DNA of 60,000 bases from the NCBI GenBank assembly GCA_013239625.1, contig MU054187.1, forward strand, positions 560,001-620,000, given 5' to 3'. Below are positions 49,700 through 60,000 of this stretch, piece after piece. Source of the stretch: Lama guanicoe (taxonomy: Eukaryota). Position numbers and translations under genes: made by a program. The notes under the pieces were generated by a model. That model searched no databases. It was not told the DNA's origin and saw only the letters and a program-made list of their open reading frames with translations. Position 1 is the first letter of the stretch; each line of letters opens with the position of its first letter.

Positions 49700-50360
49700 T
49701 TTTTACAGTCTCCCTGTAATGACTAATTGGCAGAGTTTCCCAGCTTTTTTATGTTTCTCTTGCTCTGGTTACAAGTCGTACTAACCCAGCAATATCCACA
49801 GGGACCAATAGACAGCCAACACTCGCAGTGATATACAGCGCTCCCCTTTCCTTACAGCGCAGCACATTTACAAGGAAATGCAACCGGCACGGGGCCCACT
49901 CCCGGGTCGCTGGCGCTGTGCTCGCGCCCAGGCGCGCCCCCACGTCCCTGCTCTGAGCCCTCTCCTTGCGCCCCCTCCCCGCGAGCCGCCTCCCCGCGAG
50001 ATGCCTCCCCGCGCGCCCCCTCTGTCCCTCCTCCGAGCGCCCCTCCCCNNNNNNNNNNNNNNNNNNNNNNNNNNNNNNNNNNNNNNNNNNNNNNNNNNNN
50101 NNNNNNNNNNNNNNCCCTCCTCCGTGCGCCCCCCTCCCCGCGCGCCCCCTCCCCGCGGCCCCTCCTCCGAGCGCCGCCTCCGTGCGCCCGCGGGGCCGCC
50201 TCGGTGCCCGTTTACTGCGCGAGGCAGCCACTCTGGAGCCGCCGCACATCTGGATGGAGTCAGGCCCAGCGCCCGGGCCGGCGCCCAGCCAGTCCCCACC
50301 CGCTGGATTTCCTGATGTAAACAGAGCAGGAACACAGCAACTCTGCTGAGTGTGGCATGC
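49700..50360. promoter_or_regulatory. CpG island with promoter/enhancer-like motifs
   Basis: Dense CpG at ~49880-50300 with repeated CCTCCCCGCG. ATTGG at 49726, CCAAT at 49805, ETS-like AGGAAAT at ~49873 and ATTTCCTG at 50307, forkhead TGTAAACA at 50316. Confidence 0.65.
50049..50114. other. Assembly gap (N run) inside the CpG island
   Basis: Run of Ns. Confidence 1.
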
Positions 50361-52344
50361 AGCGCTCTTTATCTGCTTGGGGTCAAAACGGCGACTTAGA
50401 AAAACAGAAGCGTTGCTTTGAATTTAAACAGCTAAGAGCCATAGACGAGACGGGTCTGCGGGGGGAGGGCGAAGGCCTCCAAGCCCACCTCCCGCTTTTG
50501 CGCCTTCTTGTTCCACTTGCTGGTCATTTGGGGGCTAACTTCATTATCTACAGCCAAATTGGAAACAAGATGCTGTTTCTGTGAATGCTGCTGAAGGCGT
50601 GTGCGGGTTTCCCACCGGCGCCGGGCGCCCCCGCTTCTCTGAAAGCGCCTTGAGACGCCGGTTTTCCCAGAGGGAAGCCCACTGCCCTGTTTCTGAGAGA
50701 GGTGAGGCGCTGTCTGTCGCTCAGCGCCGGCCAAGAATGCGTCCCTTTCCTGGGTTCCCAGAAGGGCTCAGCGCCTGGCCGGGGGACCAGCTTCCTCTCC
50801 GGCACAGCAGGGTGTGCTTCCTCTCCAGTGTCTCCAAGGAGGGAGCCGTGCGCCAGGGCGTCTGGCTGGGACGGCTGTCTTCCCCTTCCCTGTGTGGGTC
50901 CTTTCTCTGCTTCTCTGGCAAGGATGAGGTCTTAAGGATCTGGGGTTCTGAACACTCATTAACTAGAAATCAGCCAACTCTAAACCACGACAGAGTCACT
51001 TGGAAATAGATGGTACGGAGGGAAAATACAAAATCACGGCCGCGTTGTCATCACCAATAACTAGGATGAAATGTAGCTGGTTTCCACTCCCGTCACAAAC
51101 CATTTAGGCCGCAGCACCTAGAAGATCTCAACGGGCAGGGGCGCCGCCCTCGGATCCCGGCAGGGCTTCCCTAGCCCTGGGCAGGGGCTGGTTTGCAGAA
51201 GTCTTTAAATGGAAGCTGGGGAGGAGAGCCTGCCTGCACATCTGAGGCGGGTGGGATGTGAGCCGGCTGGAGCAGCCCCCGTCCTGGGGAGGTTTCCGCA
51301 GAGCAGCCTCAGTGCACATTGCATCCCAGCGTTTGAAGTCATCGGACCAGACGCACTGGACGCCAGAGCACGGACCGTCCAGGAGCCTCGGGTACCTCGC
51401 CGCGCTCCGGACAGGCTGCTGAGGACTCCTCTTCCTCCCACGGACTGTATCTTGGTGAATTTGCCAGAAATTGGTCCGAGACTTACGGCGAGGACCAAGG
51501 TCCAGTTTGACATCTGCCTGATGGTTTGATAAGGAAATGTGACCAAAACCCAGAGTTAAAATGAGGTTTAGTGCCTCCAAAGGCAAATGGCAGAGTTTGC
51601 CCCACTTCTGTGCTCTTTCCGTGATGGAATGCTGAGAAGAGGAATCTCCAGCCACTTCCTGGGTCACAGTGATGGCCTGGGTCACCAAGGGCAGACTGGC
51701 ACGGAGCCCCAGGGCTGTCAGTTTAGAACAATCGCTTCTCCCTTTTCCCATCATGGGATTTGGTGTGGAAGAACCACAGGGACAGGCAGCAGTTTCCAAA
51801 GAGAGGATTCTTAATTTGCTGTGGGAGAGACCAGCGTGGTGCTCCGTCACCTAACTACTCGGAAGCTCAGTTTTCTTGTCCCTAGTGTGGGGTGATGAAG
51901 TCCACTTCTCCCGGCTGGTAGACGGTCAGTCAGCTGGCACGGTCAAGGCCTGCTAACCAGGCGTTGCAGAGAGAGGACTCGGGGGGGGGGGGCTTTCTTC
52001 CTGCAGTTTGGCCTTGTGTTTCTCTCTTTTTACTTCCCGCCTGTTACAGACGCAAGGACTTGGGAAGACATTTTGACCTCTTGTCCTTAAAGAGATTTCT
52101 TCAAAATCCATTCCAAACACACACCTTGCATTTTCTAGAAGCGCCTTGATTTCAAACACTTTGTTCCATCCTCAGACCTGCTGTCAGACCGTGTCTCCTT
52201 ATTCTTAAAGTGGGGACAGTTCGCTGTAAGGGGAACCTGGTCTGTGTGATCAGCAGGAGGACCTCACTGAGGCTGCGGAGCCACACGTGTGTGTCAGGAC
52301 CAGACGCTCAGCCCTGACCCCCTCACAGCCAGTTTCTTCTCTTT

Positions 52345-52497
52345 GATTGTATTTTTAAAAGTTGAAGTATAGTCAGTCACAGTGTGTTGATTTCTGGTGT
52401 ACAGCACAATGTCCTAGTCATGCATATAGATACATACATTTGTCTTCCTGTTCTTTTTCATTAAGGGTTATTACAAGATATCGAATGTAATTCCCTC
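52345..52497 (-). mobile_element. Younger L1 3'-end fragment (artiodactyl type)
   Basis: TTGAAGTATAGTCAG...TTTCTGGTGTACAGCACAATG...GGTTATTACAAGATA. Confidence 0.85.
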
Positions 52498-54590
52498 TTT
52501 AACTGAAATTTTTGTTGAGATGGTTGTAGATTCTCACCTCGTCGTAAGAAAAGGTGTGAGAGCCCAGGTACTCTTTGCCCAGGTCCTCCCAGTGGCAACA
52601 TTTTGCAAAACTGTAGAAGGACATGTCTGCTCAGATGTTGGTGCTGACGCAACTCGCTCATCTCACCCGGTGACGGGCACTCAGTGTGTTATTTGTTATG
52701 TAAGTGGTTTTATCACGTGTGTGGTTCCCACAGACAGCACTGCAGTCCAGACAGTGAGATAGTCCCATCATCACAGGCCCCCTTCTGCTGTCCTTTTAGG
52801 GTCCTTCCCTCCCTCCCCTCTGTATCAGGGAAAATGTTCTCCCACCTTTTTTTTCAAGATTATTTTACCTAGGCCTGTGCCTTTCAATAGCAATTTTATT
52901 GGAGAAATTTCTTTAGCTTTTTTTGGGGGGTGTGGGTAATTAGGTTTATTTATTTATTTTTGCAAGAGGTACTGGGGATTGAACCCGGGAACCTCATGCG
53001 TGCTAATGATGCACTCTACCATCTTGAGCTATACCCTTCTCCATTATAGCAATTTTAGATTAAGCTTGTCTACCTACAAAAAGTCTTGCTAGATTTGGAT
53101 AGGAACTTCCTTAAACCTATAGACTCATTTGGGGACTTGACATCTTTACTATGTTGAATTTTCTAATCCATGAACATGGTATGTCTCTCGCGTTATGTCT
53201 TCTTTCATTTCTTTCATTAGCATTTTGTAATGTTTAGCTGACCCTTTCTGTACATGTGTTGTTAAATGTATGTCTAAGGGTTGTGTTGTCTTTGGCATGA
53301 TTGCTGATGGTAATTTGCTTTAAATTTAGCTACTTAATGTTCACTTTTATTATGTAGAAGTGTGGTTGATTTTTGTGTATTGCACTTGTGTCCTGTGGCC
53401 TTGCTGAACTTACTTTTTAGTTCTAGGAATATTTCTGTAAATTCTTTTGGATTTCTACATAGACAGTCATGTCATCTACAAAAGCAGTTTAACTCCTGCT
53501 TTTTCATATGTGTGTCTTTTATTTCTTTTTCCTGCTATTGCAGTGACAGAACTTCCAGTGTCATGTTGAGCAAAAGTGTCAGAGCCTTGCCTCATTCCTG
53601 ATTTTAGTGGGAAAGCATTCATCTTCTCATCATGAAGAATGATGTTAACTAGAATTTTTTGGTAGATTCAAGATGCTCTTTATCAAATTGAAGTAATTTC
53701 CCTCTACTCTGAATTTCTGTTCTTTTTTTTTTTTGTCATAACATTTCATCAAATGCTTTCTCTCCAAGTGACATGATTTTTTCTTTTTCTTGTTGTTATG
53801 GTGGAATATATTGATTGATCTCCAATTACTGACCAGCCTCGCATACTTGGAATAATCCCACTCGGTCACTTTGTATCATTCTTTCTATACGTTGTTGGAT
53901 TTAGTTTGCTGATATTTTAGTGAGAATTTTGTGTCTAAGATCAGTAGGTATACTGATCTGTAGTCTTATTTTTTTTTCATTGTCTTTGTCTGGTTTTGGT
54001 TTCAGGATAATACTGGCATCAGAATATGAGTTGGGAAAGTGATTTTTCCTTTTTCATGATCTGCAAGAGATTGCATAAGGCTCATTTTATTTTTTCTGTA
54101 AGTGTTTGTAGAATTCTTCTGTCTAGTGAAACCACTTGCCCTGCAGAGCACTTTTTTTCTGGCGGTGTTTTAGCTGTGAATTCAGTCTTTGATGATTACA
54201 GGGCTATTCAGATTGCCCATTTTGTCTTGGGTGGCTTTTGGTGGGTTTTAATTTTTAAGACATTTATCTATTTCTTCTAAGTTAAAGACTTTGTTAACGT
54301 AAGTTTGTTTACAGTCTCCCCTTGTTATCTTTTTAATGACCACAGGATCTGTAGTAGTAGCCTGTTTGTGACCTGTGTCTTCACTATTTTTGTCGGTCTT
54401 GCTGTAGGTTTGTCCATTTTACTAGTTTTTTCATAGAACTAGCTTTTTGTTTCATTGATTTTTTTCTATTGTTTTCATATTTTCAATTTCATTGATTTCT
54501 GTTTTTATATTAACCATTTCTTTCCTTCTGGTTTCCTTAAACATTTTTGTTCTTCTTTCTCCAGATTCTTGGAGTGGTTTTCTGTTTCCC
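52498..54590 (-). mobile_element. Old L1MC-like element: 3'UTR (52498-~52830) followed by internally deleted ORF2 pieces
   Basis: TTGAGATGGTTGTAGATTC...GGCAACATTTTGCAAAACT is an antisense L1MC-type 3' end. T-rich ORF2 antisense follows, with the minus-strand peptide EGNYFNLIKSI. Confidence 0.85.
52899..53045 (-). mobile_element. Camelid tRNA-derived SINE (Vic-1 type) inserted in L1
   Basis: The antisense reads GGGTATAGCTCAAG...GGTAGAG...GGGTTCAATCCCCAGTACCTC with an AAATAAATAAACCTAATTACC tail. Perfect 12-bp TSD ATAGCAATTTTA at 52887-52898 and 53046-53057. Confidence 0.9.
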
Positions 54591-55489
54591 TGGGGCCCCC
54601 ACTGGTCCCTCTGGTGCTGCCCGAGGAGTGGAAGGCACCTCCCCAGGTGGGAGAGCGGTGTGTGGGGTCCCTGCCCCTGTGTCCCAGCTGTCCAGGTGTG
54701 TCTGGGCAGGACAGGAGCGCCTCAGGCCTGGCAGGAAGGACAGCCCCGTCTCTGTTTCTGGTGGGACTCTGATGGGCACCTGTCTGTGGCTTCGGTGTTC
54801 CTGGGCACGTGCTGCCGCTGGTGGACATGGGGACGCGCTGTGCCCGGTGGGGTCTGAGTCCAGCGGTGTGCTGCTCCTTCAGCCCGGCCTGACCGCCTGC
54901 CTCCCCAGCTCTCCCTGGGGTGGCCTGTGCATCACCCCGGGGGCCACTGGCACTTGGCTGGGGGCAGGGAGGGTGGGCCTAGTCCATGTCGTCCCTGCAG
55001 GGCAGCTGCTTATCAGTACAGTCATCCAGTTTCCATCGTGCAGAAGTCCAGCCAGGACCTGGGCTCCACGCCTGTGCCTGTGATTGCAGCTTGGACGTTG
55101 CTTCCGGGGTGGGGGGCCCCATCCCCGTGGGGCAGTCGTTAACAGTGCCCATCACTCCCAGAAGGGTTCAGTGGGGGCTGCGGTGTGTGCTGACGCTGTC
55201 CACGGGCTGTTGTGAGGGGTCAGGCTGGTCCACACCGCAGGCCTGGTTTGTGCCACCTGCTGCTTCTCCTCATCATGTAGCGCACACGTGCTGTCTGGGT
55301 CCTGCAGTCGGCCACTTGTCAGATGACCAGAAAGCTCTTCCTTGTCTTATTTTAGCAAACAGACGTATAAATAAAAGTGCCAGTCCTCCCTCCACACCTG
55401 AGGGGACCGTCTAGTGGGCCCTGGGGGAGGGGTCTCGGTGCGGCTGGCCCCAAGGCCGGCGGGGCCCACAGTGAGTGAACGGATAACTT

Positions 55490-55630
55490 AAATGTTTTTT
55501 GGAGAGAGGAGGTAATTCGGTTTTATTTATATATTTATTTTATTTATTTTTTAATGGAGGTGCTGGGGATTGAACCCAGGACCTTGTGCATGCTAAGTAC
55601 ACTCTCTGCCACTGAGCTGCACCCTCCCCC
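55490..55630 (-). mobile_element. Camelid tRNA-Ala-derived SINE (Vic-1 type)
   Basis: The antisense reads GGGGGAGGGTGCAGCTCAGTGGCAGAG...TTAGCATGCACAAGGTCCTGGGTTCAATCCCCAGCACCTCCA (A and B boxes), then an AT-rich tail and AATTACCTCC. Confidence 0.92.
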
Positions 55631-56954
55631 ATGAATGGGTGGCTTGTAACCGGGGACCACGTGGGGACCGTGACCCCGCTGGGTGCAGTTCCCACGTCTC
55701 CCTCGCTAACTGCACGCCGCGGTGCTCGTCCCGACCGCCCTTTCCTGAGGCTGCTGGCTGAGGCGGGAGCCAGGTGCACTGGCTGCGGGTGGGACTCAGC
55801 TTAGGTACCCGGCTGTTGGAGAAAGTTGCAAAAACCCCGGTAAATCAGTTGTGGAGGGGGAAGCGTCTGAGCTGTGAGGATGCACCAGAGGAGGGAGAAC
55901 ACGGGGCGGTATCTTGTTTCACGTGTAATACTCTTTAATTAAGAGTATTTAATATTTTATGGCACAACATCCACCAATTCCAGCTCTGTTCTAGGAGCAG
56001 ACGGTTTCGGGTTAAAAAAAAAGATTCCATGCTATTAATTGATTCATGAATGTTTCCCGTTTTGCAAAGTTTGCTTGAACTTTGTCCCGCGCTTGCTTGC
56101 CGAGCGTCCAGGCGTTTGTGGTGGCGGCAGAAACGTGCTTGTGGTGCTTTTTTTGCTTCTGGATCACGTTCTGTTTTGACTGATGCGCTGTGGAGAGGGC
56201 AGTGCCCGCTGTGCTGGTCTGTTCCTGCATTTCCAACTATGTGGATGTTCCAAGATTTACTGGAAGTTCGCCGTTACTTTCAATCTATTGTTTCAAAAGA
56301 GATTCTTGTTTATGGCAAATTGCTTTTAGAAAGTCGGTGATGAAACTCCTGTTTGCCCTTCAGGGAAGAACTGAAGGAAAGTTAGTGCGTTGTGTTAAGC
56401 ATCGCCCTTCTTGGTGTCTGCGGTCAAGTTCTTAGGATAAAATCTTCTTCTCAAATTTTTACTTTAGTACCAATTTTCAGTTATACACGAGTCTTAAACA
56501 AAGCAAACAGTGTTCTTGTTGAAACAATGCAGAGGTCGATGACCTGTTGGCTAATTTCTTTCTTAATCTTCAGTTGCTTCCGTAACGTTTCCACCTATTC
56601 TGTAGAAGGCTATTTAAACCAATTAGTTCTCCTTTGAATTACCTGATTTAAAGTTGCTCTCAACGAATGTTGCTTTGTACCCGAGTGAACTGAACCTGCC
56701 TCCAAACCCTGTAACAATGTGGTGTCCCAGTGGGTTCACAGGGACGCCAGACAATATCTCTACAAATACAGACTGGGGACCTTTTCACTCACGGAGTTAT
56801 TTCAGTGTTATTATTGAAAGAACATTCAGAGTAAGACATTTCTTGAAAACCCAATACTGGAGCTAACAACTTTCCGAATAACTCAAAACATTTTATAATA
56901 TTTCCTTACCTGCCCCTTTTTCCCTAGAGAAAAACCAAGGGTGTTGATACTATA

Positions 56955-57256
56955 CAAACACTTTCAGAGACATTGTGGGTTTGGTCCTGGACTGCTGCAA
57001 CGAGTAAACGTCCCCGTGAAGCAAGACGCACGAGTGCGTTGGTTTCCCAGTGTGCATAGAAGTACGTTTACACTGTGCCATAGTCTGTTGAGTGTGCAGT
57101 GGCGTTTTGTCTAAGAAGACAATGCACGTACCTCAATTAAAAAATACCTTCTTGCTGAAAAAAACTGCTAGCTGTCATCTGACAACAGCGCAGAGTTGCC
57201 ACGAACCTTCAATTTGTAAAAAACGCAGTGTCTGACGCATGAGAAAGGAACGCCTG
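56955..57256 (-). mobile_element. Internally deleted Tigger1 derivative (Tigger1a_Art-like MITE)
   Basis: Both Tigger1 ends are joined: GAGACATTGTGGGTTTGGTCC...GGTTTCCCAGTG...AATTAAAAAATAC and GTTGCCACGAACCTTCAATTTGTAAAAAACGCAGT...GCCTG. TA precedes the left end. Confidence 0.8.
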
Positions 57257-60000
57257 CCCGTTGTTCTGTCGCTCAGGTGGGGTGCGCCGATGACCCGTGT
57301 CCTTGGGGACAGGCCCTCGATGGTGCCAACACATGGCCCTCAGTTTCAGAAGATCTCAGGTTAACCAGGACACGTGACTCACGGACAGACAGCAAACGAT
57401 GGGGGGTGCTGTGGGGGGCCCATCGGTTGGACGAGAGGCGTGGGGAGCGTGTTGGGGCTGATTTCAGGCAGGAGGCCCCGTGGCAGCTTTGACTTTGGAG
57501 GTCACACGGGCCGCTTTCTGGGTGTGTCTGAGTCAAAGGTAATTTCCAGACAACGGCAAAAGCATGATCCCCACACAGATGTAAAAACGAACATGAGCTG
57601 AGGATTTAATTCTGCTCCTTAAGTCAGAGAAGGAGCCAGAGGAAAGTAAAAACGCACACATTTATATGGAGTAAATGAACTGAGTTTCAAATGGTGCAAA
57701 ACTGATTTTCCACAGGAGGAGTGAAGTCTAACGAAATTCCACAGGACAGCACAGATTTGCACACCCACCCTCCCTGCTGTTTGTGACGACGTGTCAGCGT
57801 GACGACCACAAACAGGGAGAAAAGTCAGCGTCTGGAGGGCTGTGCTGTTGACAAAGCAGCAGTTTTCCTTGGAGCACGACATTGTTTTCGATTCTGTTTG
57901 GGTTCATCCTGCTCCTGTGCCCCCCGAAAAAGTGGCTCGAGTCAGAGAAGGGAGCACGACGTGCAACCCTGCAGCTCAGGGCGCTGCACACGAGTGCACA
58001 CACATCTCCTGCGGCTCGAGCTGCGCCGGGGCTGGGCGTCTCGCTGCGAGTCACGCCGGCCGTCTGGCCTCGCTGCCAGCAAGGCCGGGAGGCTGTCCTG
58101 GGGCCTCAGTCCGGTGAACTACCGCGCTAGCACGGCCTCCTGTGAAGAGATTGAACCCGCAGATCAGAAGGTGACAAACTTTAATAGATACGGGAGATTG
58201 GATAGAAGAGTAACACTTTCACATCCTGCAGAAGGGAAGTGTCGACGGTGTCTTCCACTTGCGTCCTGGGCGCGTCCTTCCCAGAGCCGGCGTCCCGTGG
58301 GTCCCATGGACGGCGGGGGCGCTGACCTCGCCGAGCCCCTGGGACAGGAGTGCGGGGTTAAAGACTTTGGAGGTTTCCTTCACTGGTTCCAGCCCTGTCC
58401 TCGCCGACTGCGCCAGCAGACAGTGGAGGTTTCTGAGGGCAGACTTCAGAGGTAAAAACAGTTTAAAACGTCCCCAAACTTCAGCATTAGGTCAGCTGCT
58501 GGGAAGGGGAGAGGAAGAAAGTACTGACCAACTAGTTTTCCTTTCTGATAAGAAAAACATGGGTGCGCTTTAAATCAAACACCAGAACTTCAGGGAGGTG
58601 GGAAGAGGAAGCACTCGCGTGAAGGAAGGTGCTTGCTGAGGACGAGGCGGGGTCAGGTTTTCCTCCCTCCAGGGGCGGGCGGTTTGGTTCCTGGAGAGGG
58701 GCACGCGGAGCTTTGTCCTGTCGCTTCAGCTGCTGCATCTCCGTTACTTATCTATTAAAGGGGTGGGGGCAAGAGTTCCCTTGTAGGGTGTGGAAACAGT
58801 GCCAGGGCCGGGGCAGAACGACGCACACTCGTCAGTGGGCCGGTGGGAGGTCACTGTGTGAGGCCACCTGGACAGTCCAGGCCGCAGCTCGGCCACACCC
58901 CACCCGGAGCCCGGGCTGGCTCGGCCCGGCCCCCGGGGAGGGGAGTGGTCTGGGGTGGGCGGGAGCACAGCCTCACGTCCCGGCTGGTGGGCCGTGGGTC
59001 ACTCAACGCGGGCCCCGCAGATGGGCCGTCTCTGCAGCGGACACTGTGCTGCCCCCGGGGTTGGACGGCAGAATCGACGTAGTGCACATTCAGCAAGAAC
59101 CAAACCAGGCCACAGATGTCAGGCCTGGGCCTGGGACGCTCAGCGGTGACGTGTGGTCATCATCGTGACTGCTTTTATTGGTGACTCAGCTGTTTCCCAC
59201 AAGGCGCGCGGCCAGCCCGTGAGCTCATCCTGTCCCTCCCGGAGGCCCCGAGGCTGTGGTGGCTGGAGCCGTGGATGAGGGGCCCTGGCCCCTCAGAGCT
59301 CTGTGGGTGACCAGTTGCCAGAGGAGGAAGTTTCCCACCCTATGGGTGATGGAAGTCTTGTGGAAGGTTCTCCCGTGGCCTGAGAGCTGGGGCCACACCT
59401 GAGACTTCTCTGAGGCTCCCTCGGATCAAGATGGGGATAGCACGTGGCTCGTGGGCCTATGTTCTCCTGACAGGGCTGTCCCCGCGCACATGGACATGAG
59501 GGCAGGTGGCTCGGGAGACCCCAGCTTCCCCGAGTGCCCCCGCCCCGCCCCGCCTCGGGATGGAGATACTCGGATGTGTCTTCGCAGAGGGTCTGCCCAG
59601 CGGGGAGGAGGCCCTTCCTGGCCGAGGACACGCACATCCACCCAGCTCATGGCCTGGCCCAGACGTGGACTGGAAACTCTGGAGCAGGCAGAAAACGCAG
59701 CCTTTCCTCACGTAGGGCTGATGACCCGACCGCCTTCTCCCTGAATGCCCCGGGCTCCCAAGGTCAACGCCAAGGTCGGAGTCCTTTTTCCATTCGTGCT
59801 ATGTGGGGTGTAAGCTGAGGCCACTGGACCACGGGCCCTGGGCTGAGGGCCATGATCTGAGGGGGTGGGGGGCTGCGTTGGCAGGGCTGGTGCCAGACAA
59901 GCGGCCGAGGGGAGGGAGGCAGGGGCAACGAAGCAGCCCTGGACCTGGACCCAGGGACCGACGACACGTCTGTCGGTGAGGCAATGCCCCAAGCAGGGCG

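Noticed and set aside
55548..55630. Apparent tRNA-Ala gene
   Set aside because: It has an extended 5' G-run, an AT-rich SINE tail and a second diverged copy with TSDs at 52899, so it is a SINE head rather than a tRNA gene.
1..60000. Window-wide AP-1 (TGASTCA) enrichment
   Set aside because: The ~8 sites I noticed are close to the ~7 expected by chance for this motif in 60 kb.

Overview
This is mammalian, almost certainly camelid (camel, alpaca or llama), non-coding genomic DNA from a GC-rich, subtelomeric-type isochore. The taxon call rests on two tRNA-Ala-derived Vic-1-type SINEs, artiodactyl-type L1 3' ends and a Tigger1 deletion derivative. I could not support any host protein-coding exon, RNA gene or CRISPR array, and I could not name the locus. 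The long ORFs in the track are GC-rich or tandem-repeat shadows, and the only recognisable peptides are decayed LINE fragments (mainly L1 ORF2). The window is a mosaic of L1, L2, MIR, MaLR/ERVL LTR, SINE and DNA-transposon fossils, minisatellites, three assembly gaps, AT-rich unique islands that look like constrained regulatory DNA, and one CpG island or promoter-like element near 49.7-50.4 kb. The most notable observations are (1) a ~400-bp TSD-flanked element made of an L1 5'UTR joined directly to an L1 3' end at a splice-donor-like junction, (2) a twin-primed, 5'-inverted L1, and (3) strong but patchy AT-to-GC drift of TE fossils. I see no convincing evidence of a wholly new multi-gene system. 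Repeat subfamily names come from recalled consensus similarity and need RepeatMasker/Dfam confirmation.
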